A stretch of 64,000 nt of DNA from Tubiluchus corallicola (Eukaryota > Animalia > Priapulida), in assembly GCA_030141605.1 (NCBI GenBank), contig JAQGDQ010000090.1, forward strand, positions 606,750 through 670,749, read 5' to 3'. The translations under genes were made by a program, and so were the position numbers. Shown piece after piece: positions 1-22,148 of the stretch. Position 1 is the stretch's first letter, and each line of letters begins with the position of its first letter. A model generated the notes under the pieces. That model had not been told where the DNA came from and did not search any database. It saw only the letters and a program-made list of their open reading frames with translations.

Positions 1-339
1 TGATCACCTGGCTGCCAGTGGAATGTTCATTGTTGTCCTGGAGACAAATATACATACAATTATGAGGCTCTAGGCGACTAGCCTTTCTGCAACAATTGTA
101 GTTATGCAATAAAATAAAATAAAATAATGTGTTTTGCTGCCAGAGTGACATTGGAAAAATAACAATTAAACTCCTAATACCAAAAAGAAGCCAGCAATTT
201 TATGAATGCGTCTCAGCAATTTACCCTTAGCGTTTTGGTAGGTTTAGCAACCATCTTCTGCGAAGTTCAGCCGGTAGAACAAAACAGAATTGATATAATG
301 AATAGTCATTAAACAGAGTAAGCAGTCAATACTTAAAAT

Positions 340-424
340 AATTGTTGCTGTTGTTGTTTTTGTTCTCGTTGTTGTTGTTGTTCTTGCGGTTGTTGCTGCT
401 ACTGCTGTTGTTGTTGTTATTATT

Positions 425-455
<31 letters not shown>

Positions 456-511
456 CTGTTGCTGTTGCTGTTGTTGATACTGTTATTGTTGTTGCTGTTG
501 TTGTTACTGTT
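340..511. repeat. (GTT/GCT)n microsatellite
   Basis: Directly visible. Confidence 0.9.
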
Positions 512-2234
512 AAGTTAAGAAGAGGAAGAATGGTAGGACCTGGCTAAAGATAATTAAAGACTACAATTTAATGCTTGGATATGCATGGCTATTAACCTAA
601 TTTGGTGGCCCCGTTTGTTTACAGTGTTTGACAAAATTTAATTATATATCAAACACCTTGTCTAGGGTCATAGCCATTTCATCGCCGAATGGTTTAAGAC
701 AAAGTTGCAATAAAGGCACATTGTCTTTATTTGCACTGCGCTGGCAAGCAATTTATCAAAAACTCAAAGTCGGCGCAGTAAACATTTTGCAGAGAATCTT
801 ATGACTCTCTGGAGAATTTCTGTTTGACTCAGATGTCTCCGACGAACAGGCGTTGTAAACGACACTAAAAGGGCTTTCCATTGAGTTTTTAATCGTGTCT
901 GTAAGAACGTGTTTCTGATAAAAAGACCGCGTAGGATTCCAGAAAGGTATGAACGAGGCTTTATACAAGCGACAAGGGACGCTGGTACAAGAAGAACAGG
1001 TCCAATCAATCGGTAATACTTTTAGTGCTAATCAGTAATCCCCTTCATAAAGAGAAACAAGTCTGATTGCCACGAGGTAAAACAATGAGCATTTTCAGCT
1101 TAAATAGTAAAGAGAGGACTCTGGGAACTGGTAGTGTAAGCAGGTAATCATAGGTGACACAGGACCTCCTGGACCTTGTAACACAGGATTGCACATCTTG
1201 GGCAAAGTTGAGTTACTTAGCTTTAAGGTAAGAAATTATTTTGATAATGTTATGTTTTTCCTAAAAGTTATCCAATCTAGACATGAGTTTCACAGAACAG
1301 ATTTTTTCCAGAAATCCGTTTTCCAAAAATTAATACTAGATTTTAGTATTAAAGCAGCAAAGTTAGGTTAAAACGTAGCAATTGAACTATTAAAGTAACT
1401 AAATTTGTGTAAAAACACGGATTAGTTAAAAAAGTTTCTTAGCTGCGTCTTAATATTTAACAGGTAAAAATTTATCGAAAATAATTGATTTGAAACTTTT
1501 CAATTAATTAATATTTGTTTGATTGATAAACTCTAATTTGCGCCTGGTGTATCAAAATTTTTAATGTTTAATCGATTTTGTAACTGTGATGAAAAAAATA
1601 AAGCAGTTTTAGCTTGTTTGTTGCATATGCTTGCATGGTACCTGCCAAACTTTCTCATATAGGTATTGTGATATAGCTATAATTATTAACTTACTAAAAG
1701 TTCAGCTAATTACTTAACAATTAATTAACGACCGCTAATTTTTGCTATTATTAAGTGTCTATAATTATATATTAGATTTTGATTAACTACAACTGCATCA
1801 TTTTGTTTGATTTGTTTACTTGTTAAGTTTTTTCGTCAACATTGTTGTATTGTATGAGTAAGCCACTTGTTTGAAACAAGATGGGTAAGTTTGTTCTAGG
1901 AATAATTCTTAATTATTTTTTTCAATAAGTTTACGATATAAATAACGCATAAAAAATGTTCATGTCTATGCCATGAATTACGAAAATTCCCGTGTGTAAC
2001 AAAGCTTCCGCTAACATAATTTCACAGAGGTAAAAAAAATCGAATTTTAGAATTTGATGCGTGAATTGATGAATGCGTGGACCTGCTTCTTTGTAGGTAC
2101 TTCTTTGTAAACGCAGCAGCTAATACCATTCGTATGTGCAACAAGTTTCCCATAGGAAACCGTGTTTATTGTCCTAAAACCACTTTCTAAAATGAAATCT
2201 TCTCTTTTCTAGGTTTAGTATAAAAGCATCAACC

Positions 2235-9846
<7,612 letters not shown>

Positions 9847-12800
9847 ATTATATTTATAAATATATTTCAGAAAGCAAATTCTTTATTCAAAGTTGTAAAT
9901 TTGGGAAAGCATTGCCTAATATTGAGATGTAAAAACTGTTAATAAGATTTTACCTATTAAAGTTTAACAGAGCTATTCAAGTTCCAAATATTTTATCTAG
10001 AAATCGTTGTAAAAGTGATTTTGTGTCACTGGAGTTTTTTTATCTTAATTTTTTACCGTTTCTGTTTTTTATTTTTTCCGTCTTACTGTTTTAAACATGT
10101 CACTTAAAATACATACTGATGTTAGAGTAGACGAGTAGACTTGCATCAATATCGATCATCAATATTGTTCAAAACCTGCTATTAATGTTGATGTTTGGGT
10201 CATTGCAGTCATGTGTTAGAATGTATATGGCAATGATGTTTACCTATAATTGTTCGGCTGTAATTGCGGGTTTAAAACTACAATGCTGTGCAGCAATTAA
10301 ACACTCTGCTATATAAGCCAACTGTGTATGCAATAATATAGTGTCCAAAATAGTTGTAACTTCCAGTTATACATTTTAAATATTTTTAATTAAGCGTTAA
10401 AATTGTTTGAATAAACATGGCTAAGATTTGTTTAGTTGAAGATAGTTATATAGTTGAAAATTAGAAGTACATGTGCTGAAATTTTTAATTATTATATGAG
10501 GTACAAACTCAACTTATATAATTTAATATTTTCTTACAACCTATTCTTATAAATGTTTTAAATATTGCGTTATAGTCTATATTAAAAATCAATAGAATAT
10601 AAATTTAGCCTTAAAGTTAATTTATTTTTGAATAAAGTTGTACGTGTTCTAGGCCTAAGCTCAATCTGCGACATGCAGCTTTTTACAACATAGCCATTGA
10701 CCAATATAGTCAGGAAAATGTGGCTTAACTAAATTTGAAGGTTCCCACTAATAGCTTCCTGTTATGTTTCAGCTTTGAATCATTGCGCATCACATGTACA
10801 TGTATGGAAAACAAATTTTTATGTGTTTTTACATTGCTTAAATTAGTACGCTTAGAATGAGTCGTATATACAAATATATAGAACGTACAGTTGTGCAATT
10901 TTATCATGTTTGTTAACCAGCCCAAAAGTTCATTAATAAGTGCCCAGATGGTCTGTTAGTTTTGAAATTTAAGACTTACTTCATCTTTAGTCATTGCTTT
11001 TGTTCACGAAGGCCAACCGTTAAAACTTCCAGGGACGGATGTACCGTAGCCCTGGTTACTGTTAGCAGAAGCTTTATAGCAGAAATTTTTGTCTTAAAAT
11101 AATGTCGTCGATTGGAATTAGACGAAATCATTGTAGCATATACAACCATATGTATATACCGCTTCATACTATGCAAGTGCATAAAAATCTTAAAACGGTT
11201 GAGATAATTAATGTACTTTGCTTGTATACATCAACTTAATGCAACGTTTGTGGACAATTATTGTATGAGGAACAAATTTATAAGTATTTTTCTTTTAATT
11301 AGTTTCTTTTAATAGCTTATAATTAGACCTAAATAGTTGTGCAATACCATTTCTTTATTATGTAAATAATGTTTCTTACAAGTAAATACATAAATTAGTA
11401 AAAAACTTGTTTGTTTGTATTTTTAAAATGGCGATTTTGGAAAGTAGCGATTAATTCCATTACTCATACCGATTACTCTATAAAGTTCACCTATAAATTT
11501 CCACTGGTGACTATTATAACTAACGAAAAAAAAGATTAATCATGTGTATTCGAGACGGAAGATATCGGATTTGAACCTAGAATCTTCAAGACCTAAGCAG
11601 TTGCTGCGTCTGTGCGGCCTAAATAGGAACGGCATTGGGCTCCTACTTATTAGGGTTTTGATCGAAATCGAAACTCCGCTCTAGTCTAGATTTTAATTTC
11701 ACTTTTTTTTTAGTTTATAATTTTAATTGTTTATATTCTAATATGATCATTTTTGCGGTAATTATTAACCCGAATTAGAACGTTCAAAAACATGTAGACA
11801 CAATAATAAAAGTCTAATTTTAACAGGTAAAATGCTAAAGTTAAATAGCAATTAGAAAACAGAATTTTAAATAACCTGGGCTGTTGATTAGCATTTACAA
11901 ATTGACCTACATACTAAAAATTTGCACGATATTAAACTATCATTCCTGTAGTATGCATAATTATTATATTCAGAGAACATATTCCTGTCAATATAGTTTG
12001 TTTGGTTTCTTGTAACCCTTGTTTTATAGTCACCTCTAACTGTCTGCTTCGTGTTATCATTGGGTTTAATGCAGAAAGTTACAAACTACTTCCACTCCAT
12101 GCGGTAGTTTAAATCAAACGCAATTTCTTAAAAAAAACATGGTTCGTTAAGGGCAAAGTAAACAATGCCTATCAAACTAGTTTATGAAAAATAAATAAAC
12201 TCATGGCATAAGGACAACCAACAAAATTATAATTAGTTACAGATTTTGTAAGTCCATAGTGAAAAAGTTAGTGGCAACAATATTTTCAGTAATTTGCGCA
12301 CATTTATCTCACACACATGTTGTAGAAGTCATCTGAATTTAAATAGAGAAATCAGCTCGAAGCAAATTTAACACCAGAGTTAACAAAACAACATGTTGGT
12401 GGCACCAGCGTTCCTAAGGAAGGGATCTTTGTTAATGTGAATAAAACGAATTTTCTTCTGTCCGTCGTGATGTGTCAGTCATCAAATTACAAATTACATA
12501 ATTATATAACGTAATCATAAATGCTTTATTTCCATTAAATTTCTGAGTAAAATGTTTCAAACCACAAAACAACTAATAGATCATTGTAAACACTTTAATA
12601 TGCTGCTGTAGATTTTAAGCTTATTAGTACATAACAATGTGTCGCATACGTGTCACTGAAATTGTAGGGCCTCCAAAATAATAAACGTTGACATTGATGA
12701 CACTGAGTAACAGGATACAATCGTATTGTCGTAAATTCACTGCATTAACACCAACATCGTTAGCTTACTTGAAAGTTGAAACCTCTGAAAAAGCAAAACG

Positions 12801-14947
12801 ATAAAAGAGGAAGTGTGAGAAACATAGAACAAAACAACAAAAAAGAAGAATGAGGAATAGAAACGCCAAAAAGTGTAGCACTGAGAAAAAAAACTTTGAA
12901 ACGTCGGTTACCGTTTTCTGTGTATGAAGAGTTCTCGTGGACGTACTTATTTTACAGCTTACAAAACACAGCTTAAGAAGTTAGCAGACTTTAAATACAA
13001 CAATAATTGAAATTTCCAGTCGTTACGACAAAATATCAGAAGTCTAATTGCCTTTATTTCTATTTTTATTTCCTTTTTGTCATAAATGACAGGCAGTAGC
13101 AACCAGTATTCATTTGAGGATAAAGTAAGTATAACTGTGTTACAAGTAACATGTCAATAAAAAAATCACATTGTAAAAATCTATAAAATCGCATTTGGTT
13201 AAAGCAGCGCAATCAGTACAATAATAGGCCTATACTATAATATAGTAAGTAGTAGGTCCTATCATCTCATTTATCGTCAATGGATTTTGACGTGCTAAGC
13301 TGTACTAGTTTTTGTAGTTTTATGCAATAGACTAAAATCAATATATGAATGATAATTGGAATCTGAGATCACGCCAGTGTGCCTATGGTTTCATTGTAGT
13401 TTTGTATAGTGCACGTGTGTGCTTCATCCTACACACATAATAGTTAATGGCAAATGTGCATTACGTAAAGCGTCTAACATTGGTATTTTTCCCGTCTGTG
13501 CTTTAAAACTATTAGTAATAGTGATCTGTAAACTACAGTTCCAACTGTGCCAATCACTAATAATTTACACATTAACAAATAATGAGAATCCGTAAAAAAT
13601 GCCCGGATCTATATAATCCATGTAGTCCATGATGCTAGACCAGATGTTGGTACCACATGGAGTAGCAAATTGTTATGTTGCTTTTTTGAAAGTTACATGT
13701 CTGTATATAAAAAAATTTAAAGCTAAGCTTAGTGACGGTAATGTCCGAAGTTGGCGGGGATACGACAATCACTGGAAGTCATCGGATCAGAAAAATAACA
13801 CTGTTATATTCTTTGAAACACTGGAAATGACCTCTCAAAATATTGGATGTTTTACGCTTTACTTAATTATATCATTTATGTGCCAGTATGTTAATTATGA
13901 GAGCCATTAGAGGTCAAAAGGTCCCAAAATTTGACCTTACCGAAAATCTGACTTTTGTATGAAAACCATCGTAGGTCAGTAAATAATCTACCAATTAAAA
14001 ATTTCTAGCTAAAGTAGTCCAGACAGCAATTAATAGGTGTCCAAGTTAGCTTTATGCAAATTATGTAGTTTACGCAAATTAATGATGTAACATTTCCCAT
14101 ATATTGAGTGGTCATTTGTAGTAATTGATGTCGAACATATTGGTCTATCGCTGTCCTTCGCTGTGACGTAAGCACGCTGAGTGCATTCAGGACATCAGCT
14201 CCCGCTGAAACCAGCGTTTCACAGAACATCATACTTTTCATTTTTCTCGGTTTGCAAAGCGAACCGTTTAGAATCCATTCTGCCCGTCTGAAAAAAATCA
14301 CTTGGTAACTTACTGAAAAATGAATCCTTCGTTTACGTCTCCGCCATTGTACTCAAGGGCCATTTCGAGTATATCAGAAGAGGACAGGATTTGGTGAACT
14401 CGTTGCAGGCTATCCGCTCATAGACTTCTTGTAGATACTGTAAGATGGAGGCAGAGACCAAAACATACGCGCATATGTGACTGACTGCACTGCACGCTGG
14501 GTGGTAGTGATGCTATGCCATTGTGAAAAAAAAACCTGTTTTGATAGAGGCAAGACAGTTTCTAACGATATTAACAAGGACTCTATTAACATCAGGGCAC
14601 TAAGCTAGTCATTAATCTTGTATCTAATTATTTCAAGTTATTTTAATCGTTAATTGATCGATTTGAATATTTGTTCTTGTTGAACTATAATTTCTCTTTG
14701 TTAAGTTCTTACCCTGTAACTATTAGTCAATAAATCTAATCTAATCACATACTTTAATTTTTGATTTTTAGTCGGCCTTCCAACTTCGGACAGTGATTAC
14801 TACCATAAAAAAGGCTGACTAAAGTTTTTTCACCTGAACACCTATATATATATTTCAAGAAAGCAATGTTAGAATCTTCCACTTCACATGACTTTGCCAC
14901 TCAACTCCGGGGTCTAGCTCATGGAATAAAAAGCTTAAGAGTGAAGC

Positions 14948-17837
14948 CTAGACCATGTGAATCTTCATTCGTTCTTTGATGACTGCTTCGCACACTGGAC
15001 ATTGCGTCAGGTTTGTAGCGCAGTCGTTGCAGGTTAGGAAATGCCCGCATGGCTCGAGGGACGTGTCTATTGGGCTCTCCACACAAATCTTGCAAAGATG
15101 TGGATATCGTGGTTCTACGTTTTGATCCATTTGTATCATTCCGACTAACGAATCAACAAAAAAGAACATTTCTCAATATAAAGCACATAAAAAATCATAA
15201 TTGAATGAGTTATTCATTAAGCTGTACATTAGACGCACGCAATACATAGTTAATAGACTTCATGGGAAACTTACCACATTCAAAATTTGCTTCTTGTGTT
15301 TCGTAGGTGAGCAGCGTTTTTATAATACTATCCGTGTCAAGAGATTTACTAGCAAGACGTGACTGTTTGAGAATAATGTTCAAAGGTGTTTCTTTATGAT
15401 CATTTACACATTCTGGATCAGCTGAACATTTTAGAAGAAACTGCACCAAGGTATAACTCGGAGTGATGTATTGTGAATTTAGTTTATGAACAATGAGCAC
15501 GCTTTTGTCGGGAAACAGGTGTTTGTACCATAGCAAAGGTAAATCTGACGTGTTTCTAACTGCAAGATGCAACAAAGTGTCACCAAATTCGTCTCGACAA
15601 TCTCGAAAAACTAATCTTCTTAATAATCTCTGAACTTTTTTCCTTTCATCAATTGTGTACTGTGTCTGGTTTTCCATGTATATTATTAGTGTGTATATTG
15701 TAACAGACAGGTTGAAAGAAAGTCTCTGGTATCCACTGTTTTTATCAATGTAGGACTTATCATTTAGAATTTTATAGTGTTCCACTTCCACCTCGGACAC
15801 TGTCATATCAATTACGTTCATCATACAATCAAATTTAATCAAACTGTTTTGCGAAGTCATTACGTGTAAAATCGTAGTTAAAAAGGGAAGAATGTGTGAG
15901 TTTGATGCACTCAGTTTACGGTTCAAATGCATCGAGTGCAACAGAAGATTCAAACTGAGCAAGTAATGGGCTCCGTGTAGTACAACCCGTGCAGTTTTGT
16001 AAACCAGCTCCCCAAGCATAACATTCGTTTCTCCAACAATTCTCTCAATAACCAGCAGACCTTCTATCAATAATGCCAGTCGGTGCCCTTTTATCTTTTC
16101 TAGTTCGTCTGCAGTCTGACATTCCGTTCGACCATATACAGGTATAAGCTTTCGTTTCTCCTTTGGGATGGCGCTACTGAGCTGCTCAAATCGTTCCCTC
16201 ATTCCCAGCATTAAGTAGTTATAAACGTCGTTTTCGCTATCTGGTTTCTTCGAATGCGCAAAAGAAGCTCCTAGCAACTCGAGCGCTTCTATTCTTTGAT
16301 GTCGCGATATATGTGGACATTTAGTTAGATAACTTACTACTTTTACCCTTCTGTTTAGGGCTGCTGTTACGATAGGTGTCTCACCACTTCTGTTTCCCAG
16401 CACACATGAGCCTCCATGTTCATGTAGTAACTTAACTATTCGTACGTATCCTTCCCTAGCAGCATAATGCATTGGGGAGCAACCTTTGCTTGATGTGTCA
16501 TTAACTCTTGCACCAGCTTCAATAAGCAGGCGTGCAATGTCCTCGTAACCCTTTGTACACGCCAACATCAAGCAGCTCACGTTGTCTGGAGTGAGCATGT
16601 GCAATGCGCCATTTCTCTGTATCAGATAGTGTACAATGTCCCTATGTCCAATGTAGCAAGCAGCTCGTAAGGCTGTGGAGCCATTTGCCGTTGGATGGTT
16701 AATGTCACAGCCAACTGTGTCTAGCAGTTTCACAATTGCATATTGACCGGATATGGCAGCACACCAAATGGGAGATGCATCCTTTATTAACTGACCATCA
16801 ACTTTAACTAAACCTACAAGTTAAACAACAAACACTGTTTATGAAAAAAGTTTTGAAGTGCACATAATACGAAAACATGTAAAAAAGCAGTTGTGTTATC
16901 TATTCTTATTACACAAACAAGAAACATCATCATCATCGTCGTCGTCGTCGTTGTCGTTACCATAATCATTGTCAACATAGCCGTCATCACCGTCGTTATC
17001 ATCATCATCATCATCATCGTCGTCGTCGTCATCGTCGTCGTCGTCGTTATTATTGCAACATTATTTCGTTTTGCAAATCAGACATGGACATATGGAACCA
17101 CAGAGCAAAATAGATGAATTAGGCGGCAATAATTCATTATTCTTGCTCTTTCGCTTTGTAGGTATCTCGACGATTGTCAACGCAAAGGCTTACACAAACG
17201 TCAGTACATTAGAATGAAAAAGAAAGTACATGTACCGGAAAACAGTTTCTTCTTAACCGATAACAGTTGCTCACCTGTTGCCTGTACATCGACTTTTTCT
17301 TCTAACAGTTTTATTAGTGCTTCTTGGTCGCCTTGTAAAACTGTAAAACATACAACACGTGTATGATATTTCTAAGTCGATATTACTTTGCTACATTATA
17401 CATCTTTCAGCACACAACGTAACTATTAAGAAAGCTAGGAAAATTGCAGCATAGATACATAAACAATCCTAGTCGAGCAACGAGGAATACAGCTCAGTCG
17501 AGTGTCAGCAGAGGTATTGTGCGAACCAATTTTAATTGTTTAAAATGTAGGCTTCTCAACTTCATAACAGTGTTAACTCAAGCCAGCAACTGTAGCACTA
17601 ACTACTAGGATACAACTTCATTGATATCAATATAAAAAATGAGTAAATCAGAAAATGCATTTTTTTTATTCTTTGCTTTCAAATATAGCACAAGTTATTA
17701 CAAAATTAAAGAACTTGTTACATGGTCGCTTTTATGTAAGTTGCTGCAAACAATTATGCAATAGACACTGAAGACAGAAGCCACAATTAATAAGAACATG
17801 GACATAGTTTCCCCCATTGCGTAGGTTTCTACCTGGG

Positions 17838-17921
<84 letters not shown>

Positions 17922-17962
17922 ACACACACACACACACACTCACACACACACACACACACACA

Positions 17963-18001
<39 letters not shown>

Positions 18002-18034
18002 ACACACACACACTCACACACACACACACACACA

Positions 18035-18073
<39 letters not shown>

Positions 18074-18470
18074 GTGTATATATATATATATATATATATG
18101 CACAAACAGTTGTCATTACAAAGCCTAACTGTTCTTAGGCTAAAAACTACCAACAGAGGGAAGCCATCCCCAGTTAGGAGAACCGTGACTTCAGCCCATA
18201 TTAATTAATCGCCAGCAACTTTTCGCCACAGCAAGGTAGTATTGTAATGGTGATAGAAAGTGCAGTCTTCGTCTTCTTAGTATTAAACGTGACAAGTCAC
18301 AGATAAGCGGCCCGAGTGAAAAAACTAGATATTTATAAGACACTATCAGTACGCACTAAGCAGTAGTTCTGTTGATACATAATGTAAGCAGTTTTACCTG
18401 AGTCTATGAGTGGTGTTGTGTTTATCTTTTCGATAACCGTCTGTTGAATTACTTCATGGTCTACTTTCAT
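14948..18470 (-). CDS. FEM1: FEM-1-like ankyrin-repeat protein with spliced C-terminal C3HC4 RING, ~624 aa
   Basis: Exons 18398-18470, 17275-17340, 15275-16813 and 14948-15144 (1875 nt, all phase-1 GT-AG introns), with an in-frame stop upstream of the ATG. FEM-1 hallmarks: VDGQLIKDASPIWCAA, STALRAAC, SCLMLACTKG, RIEALELLGASF, GDTLLHLAV. The last exon encodes CKIC..PCGH..C..C..CPVC. Confidence 0.85.
16925..17053. repeat. (CAT/CGT)n microsatellite
   Basis: Directly visible. Confidence 0.9.
17839..18099. repeat. (CA)n then (TA)n microsatellite
   Basis: Directly visible. Confidence 0.95.
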
Positions 18471-21082
18471 GGCTATTTCGTGAACTATTTACAATGAAGA
18501 AGTAAACAGTCTATAGAAGATATTGAAAAGGGTCTACATTAAACTTTGCTAGATCAATAAAGAAATCCATTAGGACAAGTCATAGAAAACATCCATATAC
18601 TGCTGTTATAGATCATTTCTTATCCAAAATAAACGACAACTTGACAAACTGGGTGCAAGAGAAAACAAACGAAAGAAGAGAAACAGAATTTTAAAAGCAA
18701 CAGGAAAAATATGATAACATAGAAGACAGGTAATCAAAGCGAGTGTGGATAGCTAAGCCGTCCTGAATTGGACAGTTTAGTATCAAAACTTAATTAATTG
18801 TGGGTTTGCACCAACATTAATGATATTCTTAACAGTACGTTTATAATAATTAAGAAAAATGAGAAGTTTGGGACAGAGAAAACTTGAAACGCAAGCAAGT
18901 AGAAGAAAGGACAAAAAATCGTACAGCTTTGGGTGAAAATTGGAACAACAAATTTTGTGTTTGACAAGAAAGACCAACCACAACAATTGTCAAGTTCTTA
19001 AGAGCTCTGACAATTGTTTTTCATTAGGGTAAACTACGCTACACACCCTATACAAAAAATAATTAGTATACGTACAGCTGAAATATTATATCTATAAGTA
19101 ATTAAACTATAAAAGTATTAGTCAAAAGAAGACTATGATATATGTCACTTACCACACTTTTACCACATTTGAATGCCAACGTTACAGTAACAGCTTCGTA
19201 TCGCCTAATAAAGGGCGATATAGATTTCGCAAGAGTTTTACACGGGTAACAATGTCATGAATACTGACGCCTGTGTGTGCGTGTATATACATTTATATAC
19301 GTTATTCGTCTGATACAAAGTCCAATAATTGCAAGCATGTTTTTTCCGATCTCACATTGGTAAATAAACTCAATACGTTATGATCTTAATTGCTATTACC
19401 GTCGCGGTGGTTGTGTCTTGCAGCCTATAACAATCATCTAATATCACTCTCCCGCCCCTAAATTCTTATTCTTTTTAAGATGGGTTTTCGATGATTGAAC
19501 ACCATCCTAAAGTCTGGATTTCAGATTTTAAATTAGAACCATATCAAATTTAAATTATTCATGCAGATAGCTTAAAGCACAAATTTTCAGGCTAAACAAA
19601 TTCTCCTCAATTTGATGTCACAGCATTCACATCATTTTAAGAAAATTCCCATTTTTCATATAAGAAACCAATAAACTAGTTGCTGCAAAGCTGTTCCGAT
19701 GGATCTACCTTATCTTAGATTTGACTTTGAAGAAATGGGTCGTGGGTTAAATGTCACAACCTCAATAATCGATTGCACCTTACAATTATTTTGATCAATT
19801 TGACATTTAAATTTAGCATAACAGCTTCATTTTAATCATAACAGAATCATTTTAATGGTACAGCAAAAACTAGTCACTGTAAAGCTGTTAAACCATTGAA
19901 TAACCGTGTTTTACTAATCCGTGCTGCTTTTGTGAAGTGAATGTTGCCAAAGCTTGTGGGCCTCCAAGCTTGAGAGGCTCTAAGCTGCAGCCTATACTAG
20001 TCTATAGGATAAACCAGGCCTGGCCGATGTTTCTTTAAATATTAGTTTGTTTTTGATTTTAAAGTGATTATTACCAGGTATTTTGGGGCGGTAGTAGTGA
20101 CGCGTGTTAACTTTCGAAAGGCCACAGCCTCAACTAAAAAAGGGCACTTATTCGAAGCTGCTGTGCCATATAAGCTATATGTAGTGTACACGGCAAAAAA
20201 ATAAAATAATATGTGATAAATATTCTTTAATTTAGTCCTTATGTGACCAGCAACTTGTGGTGTGGCGAAAGGGCTACTTTTCAGGGTTTACAATTTCCAA
20301 ATTATTTAATGCGTAGATTTGTAATTTTTGCATGTAGCTGTTCACGTAATATTCTTTCAGTTTACAAGATAATGTTTACTAATGCGTTTCAATTTAGGGT
20401 TCAAATTTGTTAAATTTTACAAAGTGATCAATAACCTGGGAGCAATTTATTCTGCAGTGTCATTTTGTGCGCATAAACACAAAGTTGTTCTTTACACAGG
20501 CCAAAACATTCAGATCGTACGAGAACAAATACCAGCAGTGAATGATATTATCATTACACGTAGGGAAAAAAGTATACACTTTCTTATCTGACTGGCATAG
20601 GAATAATAAGCATAGGGAAAAGAACTGTTCCTAAAATTATATTGCAATTACTACCGACAGGACCATTTTAAAGTAAATGGCTGCAGCACGGTTTCCTCTA
20701 AGATACATAATCGAAATGGTGGGACTTTTTATTGGCAGTATTCAGCATTTAGCTACATTGGACGTTTAGTAATGTTTACTGATGTTGCGAACTTGTGACG
20801 TATCACAGACAGCGGGACTATTTATTTAAGTAAAAGTCATAGCTGTATTTGCATTTCACATACATCCGTGTACACAAGCTTAGCAGAAGCTCGTACTTTG
20901 TCTATGAGATTACTAAACTAAATATCTTATGTTTCTTGTGCTTGATCGAGCGGGTATACAATACAGAAATGCGACGTGCACAATTTTTGTAGAAAACACT
21001 CTCCGACTTAGATATGCCTGCGTGGAGAACAATTTTCCTTCTCTTTATGTTTCTGTCTAATAATTACTAAATTCGTGTCGTA

Positions 21083-22092
21083 ATGAAAGATTCGAAGTCA
21101 TCACGTGTGCGTTTTTCCAAGAAAAAGCCCGAATTAATGGGCGAGAAATCAAAATTTGGAAAGAAAATCTCCAGTCACGGACGACACGGCGATGAAGACG
21201 ATGTAGATCCTGTTCTCGTGAAAAAGCGAAAACGAAATATCATCAAAAACTTGTTAGTTGTTAGTTTTGGGTTTCTGCTGTTGTTTACCGCATTTCAGTC
21301 GTTGCAGAACTTACAAAGCAGTTTGAATGCTGACGAAGGACTGGGTACAGCTTCGCTGAGTGTCATTTATGGAGGTCTGATAATCTCCTGTCTTTTCATA
21401 CCTGCTCCTATGATTGAGTTCTTTGGTTGCAAGTGGACAATATGTATCGCAATGTGCATGTACTCTGCCTATATGATAGCCCATTTCTATGCAGATTGGT
21501 ATACACTTATACCTACAGCCTTTATTTTGGGTTTAGGTGGTGGTCCTTTATGGTCAGCTAAATGCACCTACCTAAATGAAATTGCGATTGAATATGCGCA
21601 CTTGACCCACCAAACAGCTAACGCAATTATATCGCGTTACTTTGGCATATTTTTTATATTTTTTCAGTCAAGTCAAATTTGGGGTAATCTTATATCGTCA
21701 TCAATTTTCAGTCCTACTAATGATTTCAACGTTTCTGATGATCTCATATATGAAACTTGTGGAGCAAAATTTTGTCCAGGTGATGACTTCAACAACACGA
21801 ACTTAGAATCACCACCAGACAAAGAAGTATACATTTTAGCAGGAGTTTATTCATTTTGTGCACTGGCTGCGGCAGGTTGGATTGCCATATTTTTCGACCA
21901 ATTACCAAAAGATATAGAAAGAAGAGCAGCAAGAGAGCACCGACGATTCGTTTTTCGTTATGACTTACTATTAGCTACTGTAAAACATTTAAAGCAGCTA
22001 ATTCAGCTTGTAGTGATTCCAATAACTATTTACAGTGGCTTGGAGCAAGCGTTCATTGCAGCAGAATTCACAAGGGTAAGCAATACTTTGCC

Positions 22093-22148
<56 letters not shown>

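Noticed and set aside
11553-11625. tRNA-like sequence with B box GGTTCAAATCC on the minus strand (similar case at ~57550-57610, plus strand)
   Set aside because: No cloverleaf could be folded; at most decayed SINE heads.
12878-12910. Penelope-type minimal hammerhead remnant (CTGAGA..GAAACGTCGG)
   Set aside because: The core is incomplete and stem I does not pair.
14005-14592. GC-richer stretch with short minus-strand ORFs downstream of the FEM-1-like gene
   Set aside because: No recognisable motifs or consistent splice structure; probably repeat debris or UTR.
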